64,000 nt of DNA. It comes from a virus. Positions 10,101 through 18,894 of the stretch are shown here, piece by piece (position 1 is the first letter of the stretch; the number at the start of each line of letters is the position of its first letter). The position numbers and the translations under genes were made by a program. A model generated the notes under the pieces. That model was not told where the DNA came from. It was given only the letters and a program-made list of their open reading frames with translations, and did not search any database. The stretch is from positions 3,868-67,867 of IMG/VR virus record IMGVR_UViG_3300045988_142996; one strand, written 5' to 3'.

Positions 10101-13100
10101 TTGATTAGCACATCGCACAAAGCATAAATCAGCGTTTCCAATGTAGTCTCGATTTTGGGCAAGCATGCAATGAGAACATCGCAAAGAGCTGTAATAACGG
10201 CAATAAGGACATTTCCAATTGCAGGTATAGCTTTAACAATGGCATTGCATACTGCCACAATAATTTCTGCAATACCAGTTGCAATACCACCGATAGCACT
10301 GCCAAGACCAGCAATAACTCCCGCAATGAAAACGCCAACAGCCGCACCAAGTGATGCAAGCGCGCCAATGAGTGCACTTATCTTTACCGGCATGAGACTT
10401 ACAGCGGCCATCGTTCCAAGTAGCAATGCAAAACTTCCAGCCAGCAGGCCAAGCGCAACAGATACTGCAACCACGATAGGACCCGCAAGTGAGAGCGCGC
10501 CAATTGCGATTGCAAAGGTTCCAAGTGCTCCACCAAGCGCCAACAAGCCATGACCAATTTCAGTAAGCGACATCTCACCGAGTGCTTTTATCGGAGGAAC
10601 CAAAGCGTTTAACACCACCGCCATAACCAGGAAGGATGCAGCGCTGCCCAACGAACCTTTTACGAAAGTCAAAGCGAGACCCATTTCAATCAGGCCGCCT
10701 GCCAATGCAGCTAATGCCAAACCGATTTGATCAATCGTCATGCTGCCAAGATTAGTCATTGCATTAGACAGTATCAGAATTCCACCTGATAATATTGTCA
10801 GTGCGACTGCCGTTGAGAGCATGTGCTCGGCAAGAGACGATATCACACCAAACACAGCAATCTCTGCCAACAATCCCCCGATGGCGGCAAGGCCCTTTTT
10901 GAGATTATCGACTGGCATTTCGCTAAATTTGGAAACCGATTTTTCCAAGACTGCTAAAGCTGTGGCGAGAATCAGAATTCCAGCCGCCTTCCCAAGCGAC
11001 AATCCGTTAAACTTGCTTAAAGCAGAAAATGTGACAATTTCTGCAAGTAATCCACCAGCCGCAGTGAGTCCTTTCCCTATTTGATCCCACTTGAGATTGC
11101 CAAGTTGCTCAACCGCTCCTGCTAAAACACGTACCGATGCGGCCATAATCAGCATACTGGTTGCGTGCTTGGTGCCATCTTTTGCCCACCTTGAAATTGC
11201 AATTTGAACTGTGACAAGTTCAGCCATCACAGCGCCAAGCACTATTACTGAACCGAGAAGTTTATCCGAATCAACAGCTGCAATCTTTTTCAACGCAACC
11301 GAAAGAATAAGAACCCCTGCGGCCATAGCGACCATCGCTGTAGTTCCTTTTCCAACCTTCTTCGTTTTTTTCGTTATTTCATCAAATATCGCAAGCGAAG
11401 TCAGAAGTTCCGCAAAAAGTGCTGTCATCGCAGCCACAGATGCTGCCAATCGCTCCGGTTTCACCAGAGATAGTACAACAAGAGATCCTGCCAAAATGGC
11501 CACCGCGGTTGAGATGGTCTTCAGTGTCTCGGCATTCTTATTATTTTTCCATGCAGATACAGCATCTCCGAGCTTGTTAAGAAGCTCTGCCACACTGCCA
11601 ATGGTGTCCTTTATTGTTGAACCGATATCCTTAAATGCGTTGAAGAATCCCTTGATCCCCGCAATAAGACCAACAATCATCCCTGTATTTGCGAATCCCC
11701 AGATGGTATTTCCATCCAGATTTTTAAATGCACCCGCCGCGCCACTTCCCAACTCTTTAAAAATTTCTCCGAGCTGGTCGGTCAGCCATTTTAACTTAGG
11801 TATCACGAAATCAATAAATCTTTTTATCCAGTCGCCCACAGTCTTAATCGGATCGAACACAATACTCGTCTTGGCGCCAAGCTCAGCAATCCATTCAATA
11901 ACCGATTTAATAGCGCCAGATATTGTTTCAAGAACCGGGGTGATAGCGCTTGCAATATTCCCAAATGTTTCCGTGATATGAGACGATTTTTCAAGTTCTA
12001 CGAAATAGTCTCCGAGACCAGCAGCGACTTTCATAACACTCTTGGCAACCGGTTCAAATGCTGACAGCACCGTCCAAAGGGTATTTCCTGCTCCTTTGAT
12101 CACAGTCAGACCCATTTTCAGAACTGCAAATACGCCGGAAAATGCACGTTGCAAATACTCCGAGGTACTTTTACTGATGCTCATTTTCTTCGTCAGCTGG
12201 TCAAACGATTTTAATGTATCGTAGATGCCACTGCCCGTCGGTGCCAAAATTCCATTAAAAGCCTCTTTTATTGGAGAAAGAACCGATCCGATTCCCTTTA
12301 AAATATTTAGAATTCCCCGAAAGAAATATTCGCGGCCAGAAGTCTGTGCCATCTGATTTGCAAATTCTTCGATTGAAGATTCACCGTCGTCAATTTTCTT
12401 CACATAATTGGCGAAGGCTTCATGGTTCTTTTCGACTTCGTCCCTGGTGTATCCGAGTTTTTTCAGTTCTGCATCACTTTTATCAAGAAGGATTTCATAT
12501 CCATCAGCAGCACCTCGAATAGCCTGCTCCAAGTTATCCGCATCAATCTTTCCCGTCCGTAATGCGACACTAAGCGCTTCCTGAAAAGATCCAGCTTTTT
12601 CGATATCGTCATCCGTAATGATTCCAGCCTTATTAAAGCCTTCCTGCAATCCTGATTCCAGAATATCTCCAACATCACCGAGGCCGCTTCTCAGCAGTTT
12701 CGTCCAGCCGCTATCAAATCCCTCATGGAGAATGCTATTTCTAAGATCCTTACCTTCAGCAAACAAGTCATAGAGTTCGTCTGCAAGGTCGCTCCAAAAG
12801 CCTTTTGCCTCTTCATAGTCACCAAATATAATTTCAAAGGTCTGCAGCCAACCCGTGCTCACCGCATCTTTTGTTGCATCGATAGCCTCACCGAAGCTCT
12901 TTGCTTCCTGTGCGGCTTTAAACGCTTTTACGGTGACGTCATCGTACTTATCGGCTAATTCGTCGATAGCCTTCGATGCCGTAGTATACTTATCAGGCTC
13001 ACGATCCATCAGATCTTTGACTGCCTGCGTGAATTCAGCCATCTTGCCAAAGGCCTGCTCCATGACTTCCTTATCCGCCCACTTCTTTGCAAGAGTGGTC

Positions 13101-13855
13101 TGAAAGGTGCCGACCGTCACTTCGCCTTCTTTAATTTTGCCTAGCTCCACACCAGTTGCAATGATCTGTCGCTTCAATTCTGCAGTAGCAACACCCGCCA
13201 GCTCAACCGATTTCCAGTCCATCAGGTTCAGATACCCCTGACTGTAGCTCTGGTTCAGATTGTAAATCACTCGGCTGAACTCACTGGCCCCTTTGCCGGC
13301 ATAGGCTGTGGCATTGGCAATGCCCATGATCATCGGAATCAGTTTGTCAACATCGCCGCCTGCTGCGGTAAGTTGTCCTAAAGATGCCGTCATGTCAGTG
13401 AAGCCATAGCTTGTCTCATCCGAGTACCACATCAGCTTATCGAGGTAAGAGTTCACTTTAGTAATCGACTTACCCGTTGCATTCATGATGGTCTGAACAC
13501 TTGCTGTCTTTTGCGCGTATTTATCCCAACCTGCGGATACCTGGTCAATCGACAGGTTTTTTACCAGCCGTTCACCCGCATCTACCACTTGGTTTGTAAT
13601 TTTGGTTAAGGCGGCTATTCCAGCAATTTCCAAAGCTGAGAATTTAGAATTTAGGGTCTCAAGTGCCGATGTCATCTGCCCAAAATCAACTTTTTCGGAG
13701 GCATTTTCAATCTTGTTGAAACCTTTTTCGGCTCCGTCGAAACGTAAGCTCTTATTCAGATTTGCCAAACTGGCAAGGGTTTTTTGCACGTTTTGCTCAA
13801 ATCGCGCATTGTTGAATTGCATTTCCACAACGCGCTGGTCCACTTCCTGGCTCAC
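7196..13855 (-). CDS. Tail tape measure protein (TP901-type core), about 2,219 aa
   Basis: N-terminal region ...SLGQLTAAGGDVDKLIPMIMGIANATAYAGKGASEFSRVIYNLNQ... matches the TMP core. A huge Ala/Gly/Leu-rich hydrophobic centre and coiled-coil Lys/Glu repeats follow. GTG at 13855 overlaps the upstream TGA (GTGA), with GGAGG 7 nt upstream. Confidence 0.9.
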   Translation of the reverse strand: MSQEVDQRVVEMQFNNARFEQNVQKTLASLANLNKSLRFDGAEKGFNKIENASEKVDFGQMTSALETLNSKFSALEIAGIAALTKITNQVVDAGERLVKNLSIDQVSAGWDKYAQKTASVQTIMNATGKSITKVNSYLDKLMWYSDETSYGFTDMTASLGQLTAAGGDVDKLIPMIMGIANATAYAGKGASEFSRVIYNLNQSYSQGYLNLMDWKSVELAGVATAELKRQIIATGVELGKIKEGEVTVGTFQTTLAKKWADKEVMEQAFGKMAEFTQAVKDLMDREPDKYTTASKAIDELADKYDDVTVKAFKAAQEAKSFGEAIDATKDAVSTGWLQTFEIIFGDYEEAKGFWSDLADELYDLFAEGKDLRNSILHEGFDSGWTKLLRSGLGDVGDILESGLQEGFNKAGIITDDDIEKAGSFQEALSVALRTGKIDADNLEQAIRGAADGYEILLDKSDAELKKLGYTRDEVEKNHEAFANYVKKIDDGESSIEEFANQMAQTSGREYFFRGILNILKGIGSVLSPIKEAFNGILAPTGSGIYDTLKSFDQLTKKMSISKSTSEYLQRAFSGVFAVLKMGLTVIKGAGNTLWTVLSAFEPVAKSVMKVAAGLGDYFVELEKSSHITETFGNIASAITPVLETISGAIKSVIEWIAELGAKTSIVFDPIKTVGDWIKRFIDFVIPKLKWLTDQLGEIFKELGSGAAGAFKNLDGNTIWGFANTGMIVGLIAGIKGFFNAFKDIGSTIKDTIGSVAELLNKLGDAVSAWKNNKNAETLKTISTAVAILAGSLVVLSLVKPERLAASVAAMTALFAELLTSLAIFDEITKKTKKVGKGTTAMVAMAAGVLILSVALKKIAAVDSDKLLGSVIVLGAVMAELVTVQIAISRWAKDGTKHATSMLIMAASVRVLAGAVEQLGNLKWDQIGKGLTAAGGLLAEIVTFSALSKFNGLSLGKAAGILILATALAVLEKSVSKFSEMPVDNLKKGLAAIGGLLAEIAVFGVISSLAEHMLSTAVALTILSGGILILSNAMTNLGSMTIDQIGLALAALAGGLIEMGLALTFVKGSLGSAASFLVMAVVLNALVPPIKALGEMSLTEIGHGLLALGGALGTFAIAIGALSLAGPIVVAVSVALGLLAGSFALLLGTMAAVSLMPVKISALIGALASLGAAVGVFIAGVIAGLGSAIGGIATGIAEIIVAVCNAIVKAIPAIGNVLIAVITALCDVLIACLPKIETTLETLIYALCDVLINCTPKILETIDSVIGSIFNYIGSKFGALGKWIGEKIQSAFKSEHGVDPQSSGEYVAEGYAKGIEKEGDKAVDAVEELADSQNDAFNDYWGIASPARLAIENAGYIVSGLVEGIQNGTPAAETAMSILARSMDNAFRDEVGIHSNADDGIENGEYYDGGVIEGLENKASDVEDEARDVGRRTGAAYKEGLQEELSNALNDPSLTPQERRQLQMDLRDSGLNAIPAKKKADGFDWTSLYGNRENPDADSGNTDGSGGTGTGKKKTKSSTKQKTVAEQITEKYKTQLAANKTLKDTVDEEYDLWLKENQYSASVDELLAKKTENAAADIQHQTDRVAIAQAKYDELAKRWGKDKTETKEAYLDLLEEKTSLADLKAEQYVGLFDDVTKRYDTDLDTLEKEYGLWTAQNDKTATQTDKINRETEYMTAELAIKEKKLAKAQEQYDALKAQYGEEDMRTMEAWNDLLDARTEAQELQNDLAQQELNLIDAQIDAISTAQSRMQSRMDILNTVYSDGDLSQREDAYKSAVEEYGKDSEQAKKAQFQGTTTSILGVVTALKNMNFQLKETAKYQEILNSENATREEKEAAQDNLLSSQSAFLGFASNLAEAFNLEDEGKSMVVKLAYAVQKNWKPLSEGLTKAWNKASQNLPENVKTGLSNAFGAAFSDEGIEIGTEFTSAIVSALQGDWAGAAVSAVTAALDFMGTNEGKKMLEGVGQLFDKALPALEQGFGQIVGIVQNAGGEITGLLAGAGGISEVATGVVGTIGGAFSSLIGLLPEIWPFILAGGIILALLGGIAAIAIKHAKDKKQSDAAKDAGSDLDKDFADGITDGKDTVDDAIKDMTDDATNIAIAAVGAIKRVTDDEYEYTPTISPVVDLTDVDESTDIINRAFDNVSLDGGTTKRLAAQVDAAAELQNGVKAQSNADLLNAVNALGGRMDGVADSIHGMSVVVDGKTTIGWIDAGLGARAARRAR

Positions 13856-14235
13856 TTCGTTACCTCCTTCCACAGTTCATCCCGGATGGCATCAAACACC
13901 GGTTTCATCGCTGGGTTGATGTAATCCACGCCCTGCACATACCCGCCGTTTCGGGTGCCGTGTCCGTATTGCAAAATCACCGCAATGGGCACGCCGTCCA
14001 CGATGTTTGCGTTTTTCCAGCAAAGGGTCGCCCCGGTTTTCTCCATTTTGATTTCGTAGCCCCAGCTGGCGGCGGTCTTTCCCGTTGCCTTCGGGGTGGC
14101 TTCTGCCAGCGCTTCCACGCCCTTTTGGCCGTACTTTTCCAAGATGGGCCGGATGTTTCTCGTCCGCAGATGGGTCAGAAAGGTCAGGCTTTTCTTAAAG
14201 TCACCGCTCTGCCGCATTTCGATCACTCTGCTCAT
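13852..14235 (-). CDS. HK97 gp10-like neck/tail-completion protein
   Basis: 127 aa. ...AEATPKATGKTAASWGYEI...ILQYGHGTRNGGYVQGVDYINPAMKP resembles the HK97-gp10 family. It lies immediately upstream of the TMP. Confidence 0.55.
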   Translation of the reverse strand: MSRVIEMRQSGDFKKSLTFLTHLRTRNIRPILEKYGQKGVEALAEATPKATGKTAASWGYEIKMEKTGATLCWKNANIVDGVPIAVILQYGHGTRNGGYVQGVDYINPAMKPVFDAIRDELWKEVTK

Positions 14236-14239
14236 TCCG

Positions 14240-14785
14240 TCACCCCTTCGTGTGGTACTTCGCTTTCCGCATGGCGTTCAGCTCCCGCTGCCGGGCCATC
14301 TGTTCCTGCCGTCCCATCTTTTCCCGGGGCATGTTCTCTTCGCTGCAGGCCCGGATCAGAGTCAAAAGCCGGTTCAAATGCCACTTTTCGCAGCTGAACG
14401 GGATGCCGTACTCGCACATCGAGGCGTAGATCGTCTCTGCGGTCTGGAATCGTGACCGCCGCTTTGCTCCTCTTCGTTCCTTGAAGGTGGTTGCGGTCAT
14501 CGGGTCGTTCATATATGTCTGAATGGCTGCCAGGTTCTCCTTCGTCAGCCGCCGGTAAACGTTCGGGTCCACGCCCTGCGTCACGGTCATACACCGGATG
14601 TAGTCGTAGAGCTCCGCCTGTGTCTTCGGCTTCGACGGGTCGAGCCACGGCTTATGCCACTTGCATTCCCATTTGGACAGGGCAAGCAGGCTGTGCTCCA
14701 ATCGCAGCACCGTAGGTTTTGTGTGCACGAACTCATTGGTTCGTTCATCCCAGTCTTCCAGGCCGGGTACTGTGATTTCCAGCAT
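14240..14785 (-). CDS. Putative tail assembly chaperone-like protein (Gp15-like)
   Basis: 181 aa in the slot between the tail tube / chaperone genes and the TMP. Basic C-terminal tail. Family assignment is from memory only. Confidence 0.45.
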   Translation of the reverse strand: MLEITVPGLEDWDERTNEFVHTKPTVLRLEHSLLALSKWECKWHKPWLDPSKPKTQAELYDYIRCMTVTQGVDPNVYRRLTKENLAAIQTYMNDPMTATTFKERRGAKRRSRFQTAETIYASMCEYGIPFSCEKWHLNRLLTLIRACSEENMPREKMGRQEQMARQRELNAMRKAKYHTKG

Positions 14786-14840
14786 CGCGCTGCCTCCCTG
14801 TTTTGTTCAAATGTGGCCCGGTCACCCGGGCAAATGATAG

Positions 14841-14876
14841 AAAAATAAAAAGATGCCCGTTTTTTACGCGGGCATC
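14841..14876 (-). terminator. Rho-independent terminator (minus strand)
   Basis: Minus strand reads GATGCCCG-CGTAAAAAA-CGGGCATC followed by TTTTTATTTTT, downstream of 14909..15340. Confidence 0.6.
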
Positions 14877-14908
14877 CTCGCCGCCAGAGCGGCAAAATCA
14901 AGTTTTTA

Positions 14909-15340
14909 TCAGCCCCGGGTCAGAGCAGGGGCTGCGCTGCCGGTTGCGGCCATCTCCAGAGCAGGGTTTGCGTTCTGGCGCAGGCTTGCAGGGATCACGC
15001 CGTTCATAAACTCGGCGCAATACTTCTCGTCGGTGAACATCTTCATGTAGATCTCGTCGTACACAGGGCTTGCCTCAAAGTCGGCGCGGATGGCATCGTT
15101 CTTGTAGAACTTGCGGCCGTCCGGGCTCTTCTCGCCATAGCTCTTCAGCAGGATCTCCTTGATGAGCTTCTCCAGCTCCTTCTGGCTCTTGGCCCTGATG
15201 ATGCCGTTGATCTTGTCATCCATGCCGCCGTCGGTGGTCAGATGCATCTCCATCAGCTCGGCGCGGGTCAGGTTGAAGTAGAAATCCTCGGTACGCTCCA
15301 CACCGTTGTAATCGGTGTAGGTAATGGTCTTCTTAAGCAT
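14909..15340 (-). CDS. Tail assembly chaperone (gpG-like)
   Basis: 143 aa directly after the major tail protein. MLKKTITYTDYNGVERTEDFYFNLTRAELMEM... is typical of Gram-positive siphophage tail chaperones. Confidence 0.6.
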   Translation of the reverse strand: MLKKTITYTDYNGVERTEDFYFNLTRAELMEMHLTTDGGMDDKINGIIRAKSQKELEKLIKEILLKSYGEKSPDGRKFYKNDAIRADFEASPVYDEIYMKMFTDEKYCAEFMNGVIPASLRQNANPALEMAATGSAAPALTRG

Positions 15341-15373
15341 AATGGGTTCTCCTTTGCTCCATTTTGATTTTCA

Positions 15374-16033
15374 TCAGGCGGCTTCCTTCGCCAAAGCGAT
15401 CAGCTCGTCCGGGGTGGGCAGAGTGGCCTCTGCGCTTGCGGAGCCGTACAGCTTCTCTTCGATCTTGGCCATCTTCTTGGCATCCAGAACGGTGCTGTCA
15501 AAGCTCATGCAGGCCACGGGCTTGTAGCCGGTCACAGTCACAGGCACAGTGCCGCACTCCCAGCTGAAGGTCTCAGCATCGGGGCTGTCATTCACGGTCT
15601 CGTGGGTGCGCTCGCTGGGCTGTGCAGTGGCGTTCCATACCACATGGATCACATAGCCGGCGTCGGGGTTCTGGTCGTTGCCCACCTTGGTCTGCCAGCT
15701 GAAGCCAAAGGCCTTGCGGGTCTGCTGACCCAGAGTCACGCCGGGCACCGGGCTGGCGGAGCCGTCGCAGGCTTCCCACTCATCGGGGTAGGTATAAGCC
15801 TCCACGGTAAAACCGTAGTCCTCGCCGGAGATCAGGCGGGCATACTTCTGGTTGTCGGCCCACAGGTCGGTGGGCTCTGCGCCGCTGGGGCTCTCGGTCA
15901 CGCCAGTCAGGCCATTCCAGGCAACGCCGTTGTCATAGCCGGAGCCGCCGTCGGCCTTGGGGTACAGCACGCCCTTTTCCACGCCCATGGAGAACTTCCG
16001 CGCACCATCAGCATCCCAAATCAGTTTAGGCAT
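15374..16033 (-). CDS. Major tail (tube) protein
   Basis: MPKLIWDADGARKFSMGVEKGVLYP...VAWNGLTGVTESPSGAEPTDLWADNQKYA...VEAYTYPDEWEACDG matches the major-tail-protein pattern. GGAGG 8 nt before the ATG at 16033. Confidence 0.8.
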   Translation of the reverse strand: MPKLIWDADGARKFSMGVEKGVLYPKADGGSGYDNGVAWNGLTGVTESPSGAEPTDLWADNQKYARLISGEDYGFTVEAYTYPDEWEACDGSASPVPGVTLGQQTRKAFGFSWQTKVGNDQNPDAGYVIHVVWNATAQPSERTHETVNDSPDAETFSWECGTVPVTVTGYKPVACMSFDSTVLDAKKMAKIEEKLYGSASAEATLPTPDELIALAKEAA

Positions 16034-16059
16034 AGTCATTTCCTCCTTTGAAAATGATG

Positions 16060-16392
16060 TCAGTACCACACGCTGAATACGTCGTGGTATAAGTTGTCCG
16101 AAACAAAATGGCGGTCGTGGGTGCTCTTCTCAAGCAAACTCACGGCCGCCGTCATTTCACTGTCCGGTTTCGGGTCGATCACGGTAATGGTGTAGTGGAC
16201 TGTCTGCCGGTACACCTTGTCATTTGCATGCAGGTTGCGCAGCTTGTTCAGCTCGTACCGGATGCAGGGATACTTCATCTGCAGGTTTGCCGGGGGCTGG
16301 TAGTACACATTCTCGCTGCCGCACCGCTGTTTCACGATGCTGCGCAGGTACTTGTCCAGCTCGGAGCGTCTCTCACTCAGCTTCACTGCCAT
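16060..16392 (-). CDS. Head-tail joining / tail terminator-like protein
   Basis: 110 aa in the neck-gene position between the capsid and tail tube genes. No firm family recognised. Confidence 0.55.
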   Translation of the reverse strand: MAVKLSERRSELDKYLRSIVKQRCGSENVYYQPPANLQMKYPCIRYELNKLRNLHANDKVYRQTVHYTITVIDPKPDSEMTAAVSLLEKSTHDRHFVSDNLYHDVFSVWY

Positions 16393-16699
16393 GATAAAGC
16401 CCTCCCAGCGTCAGCACGACACGCGGGTATTCCACCGCCGCATCGGTCACCTTCCACTTGCCGCCGTAAAGCGTCACATACCGGATATCGCAAAAGTGCT
16501 CGGTGATGTAAGGGTCTGCGATGACGCTCAGCGTGTTCGCAAGGCTGATATCATCGTTCACCTTGTCGCCGGACTGTAACCTGCGCGTGTTCCGTGTCAG
16601 GTCGCCGTAACAGTCACGCTCTGTTACGATCTCCGAGTAGACGCTCGGCTCTGTCTCCTGGGTCGTTACGAATCCCAGCTTCCCAAACCACTTGCTCAT
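16373..16699 (-). CDS. Head-tail adaptor / head-closure-like protein
   Basis: 108 aa. Neck-gene position; overlaps the next gene by 20 nt. Confidence 0.55.
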   Translation of the reverse strand: MSKWFGKLGFVTTQETEPSVYSEIVTERDCYGDLTRNTRRLQSGDKVNDDISLANTLSVIADPYITEHFCDIRYVTLYGGKWKVTDAAVEYPRVVLTLGGLYHGSEAE

Positions 16700-16786
16700 C
16701 TTGCACTTTCACTCCATTTTGAATTTTCTGCGGCGCTTATGCCAGTTCATCCTTGTTCAGGATAAATTGGTCAAGCACAGCGCCGC

Positions 16787-17062
16787 TCAGGTAGGGTCGC
16801 TTGCGGTCCAGGTCACAGCCTTCAGGGTCGAAGCGGTGTCCATGGTCACCACACCGGCGGTGCCAAAGGCCACGGGCACCAGGTAGTTTGCACCCTCCAC
16901 GATCACCAGACGGCCCTTCTTGAAGGCGTCCTCGATTTCAGCGGCAATCACGGTCTCCTTCAGAGCCTTGTCCGCGTACAGCTTGTGGTCAGCGGTCTTG
17001 CCGTAGACCATGTAAGTCGCAACGTGCAGATCCTTGCCATGCTCATAGAACTTCTTCAGCAT
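16787..17062 (-). CDS. Hypothetical structural protein downstream of the capsid gene
   Basis: 91 aa ORF co-directional with and immediately after the capsid gene. Confidence 0.55.
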   Translation of the reverse strand: MLKKFYEHGKDLHVATYMVYGKTADHKLYADKALKETVIAAEIEDAFKKGRLVIVEGANYLVPVAFGTAGVVTMDTASTLKAVTWTASDPT

Positions 17063-17079
17063 ATGGTTCTTCCTCCTTC

Positions 17080-18843
17080 TCAGGCAACCTTGTACTCGAT
17101 GGCCATTGCGCTGAAGGGCACAGTCAGTGCGCCGGAGCAGCGGGTCTCGATCAGATACTTCTGCTGGTTGTAGTCGATGTCAAAGTCATCGAACATGTTC
17201 ACGGCACCGCCCTTGTCAGCACCCACGGTGTAGTCGGTCAGGTTGACCACAATGCCAAACAGCTCGCCGCCCTTGGCACCCTTCAGGCCGGCCATCTGGG
17301 GCACGGTCACGATCTCCTTCACACGCATGGCCTGTGCAACCTCTGCCTCGTTCTTGTACAGGCGGTGGCCGATTTTGTCCTCCAGCAGGAGCATGTCGGT
17401 CAGGTTGTCCTCAGTGGTGAACAGGGTCGGGTTGCCGCTGCCCTTGTAGTCCTTGCGGGCCTTCAGGGAAGCATTCATGGCAGCCTTGATCTTGGTCTCG
17501 GTGTCTGCGCCGGAAGCGACCTGGGCCTCCACCTTGATGGTGTAGAAGTCGTCATCGCTCACAATGGGGCGGATGTTGCCCTCGTTGATCTTGTCATCGG
17601 AAGCAGCGTTGCGGCCATCGCCGATCAGGTAGGCACGAGCCAGCTCCTCGTTCAGCTTGGTGCGCATCTCCTGCTTCAGCCAGGCGATCACGTCAAAGCC
17701 GGTGATGTCTGCAATGTCATCGCGGTCCATCTTCTGCTTCTTGTAAACGGTGGTGGGGCTGGTGGAGCGCTTCAGCAGGCCGAACACCTGTTCCTTCTTG
17801 AAGTTGCCCTTGATGTAGCCCTTGGCGCGTGCGTCCTCCTCGGTCAGGTCAGCGGCCATGCTCTTGACGCGGCTGAAGGGAATATGGTGCACACCGCCCA
17901 TGACCTTTGCGACCCAGCTCTGGTCGTTGTCAATGATGCGGGGCGGGTTGTCCAGCAGGTGATCCTCCGGGAACAGCCATTCCACATCCTCGATGCCGTG
18001 GGCGATAAAGGCATCCTTCATACTGCCGCAGCGCTTGCCGTCTGCCATGGCAGCGTTGACCTCATCCATACTGTGCTTCAGCACGCCCTTCTCGTTGTCA
18101 TTGTCGAAAACATTACGCTTCACGGTTTCTTCCTCCTTGTCTGTTTCTGCTGCATCGTCAGTGTCAGAGCCCTTGTTCTTCTTGGTTGCACCGATGATAG
18201 CGTAAACCACATTCTTCTGTTCATCAGTCATACTGTCGAAGACTTCCTTAACGGTCTTCTCATTACCCTGATTTTCAGTAGCATCTGCCATTTTTTCTTC
18301 CTCCTTTTCGTCAGAATGAGTGATCTTTTCTCCCTCATCCAAAGGGTTGTCGTCCGGGTCCAGGCCATGGGTCAGGCTCAGACCACTGTCGGTATAGATC
18401 ATGGCTTCGTAGCCATCATCTTCGTTGTAGTCGGCGCTGTGCTCCACGATCTCGTCGATCAGAGCACCCGGGTTGCATCCGGTCAGCACCAGACTCAGCT
18501 CCCGGATTACGCCATGCATCACCGTATTGCCGGCTTTCTTCAGGCCGTTTGCAAAGATGCTCATGGCATCAATGTCGCCGCAGCGCACCGCTTCCAGGGC
18601 CGTCTTGCCGCTTTTGGTGTCGTTCAGCTTCACATAGGCGTACACGCCATCCTTGCCGCGGTTCTGCAAAAGGGCATGGCCGAGTACATATTCCGGGCCG
18701 GAGTGATTGTGGTTCCACACCACGGGCACCTTCTTGCCGTTGTCGCCTGCAAAGGCGTTCGGCGCAATGGTCAGCCCGTCGTAGCACTTGGTGTTCGCCC
18801 TGGTCGCCCAGCCGGAAAAGTCATAGTCGAACGTCATATTCAT
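17080..18843 (-). CDS. Fusion of HK97-type prohead serine protease (S78) and HK97-fold major capsid protein
   Basis: N-terminus (VPVVWNHNHSGPEYVLGHA...DAMSIFANG...RELSLVLTGCNPGA) is protease-like. An acidic linker follows. The C-terminus (KGYIKGNFKKEQVF...LNEELARAYLIGDGR...TVPFSAMAIEYKVA) is capsid-like. Confidence 0.8.
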   Translation of the reverse strand: MNMTFDYDFSGWATRANTKCYDGLTIAPNAFAGDNGKKVPVVWNHNHSGPEYVLGHALLQNRGKDGVYAYVKLNDTKSGKTALEAVRCGDIDAMSIFANGLKKAGNTVMHGVIRELSLVLTGCNPGALIDEIVEHSADYNEDDGYEAMIYTDSGLSLTHGLDPDDNPLDEGEKITHSDEKEEEKMADATENQGNEKTVKEVFDSMTDEQKNVVYAIIGATKKNKGSDTDDAAETDKEEETVKRNVFDNDNEKGVLKHSMDEVNAAMADGKRCGSMKDAFIAHGIEDVEWLFPEDHLLDNPPRIIDNDQSWVAKVMGGVHHIPFSRVKSMAADLTEEDARAKGYIKGNFKKEQVFGLLKRSTSPTTVYKKQKMDRDDIADITGFDVIAWLKQEMRTKLNEELARAYLIGDGRNAASDDKINEGNIRPIVSDDDFYTIKVEAQVASGADTETKIKAAMNASLKARKDYKGSGNPTLFTTEDNLTDMLLLEDKIGHRLYKNEAEVAQAMRVKEIVTVPQMAGLKGAKGGELFGIVVNLTDYTVGADKGGAVNMFDDFDIDYNQQKYLIETRCSGALTVPFSAMAIEYKVA

Positions 18844-18894
18844 TCCTTTCTGTGGAGCACGGGTTGCGGCTCCCAGCGTCTATCTCGCTTCCGC

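Noticed and set aside
14240-15340. Programmed -1 frameshift producing a G-T tail chaperone fusion.
   Set aside because: The two ORFs are separated by 123 nt containing a terminator hairpin. They do not overlap, and I saw no slippery heptamer at the end of 14909..15340.
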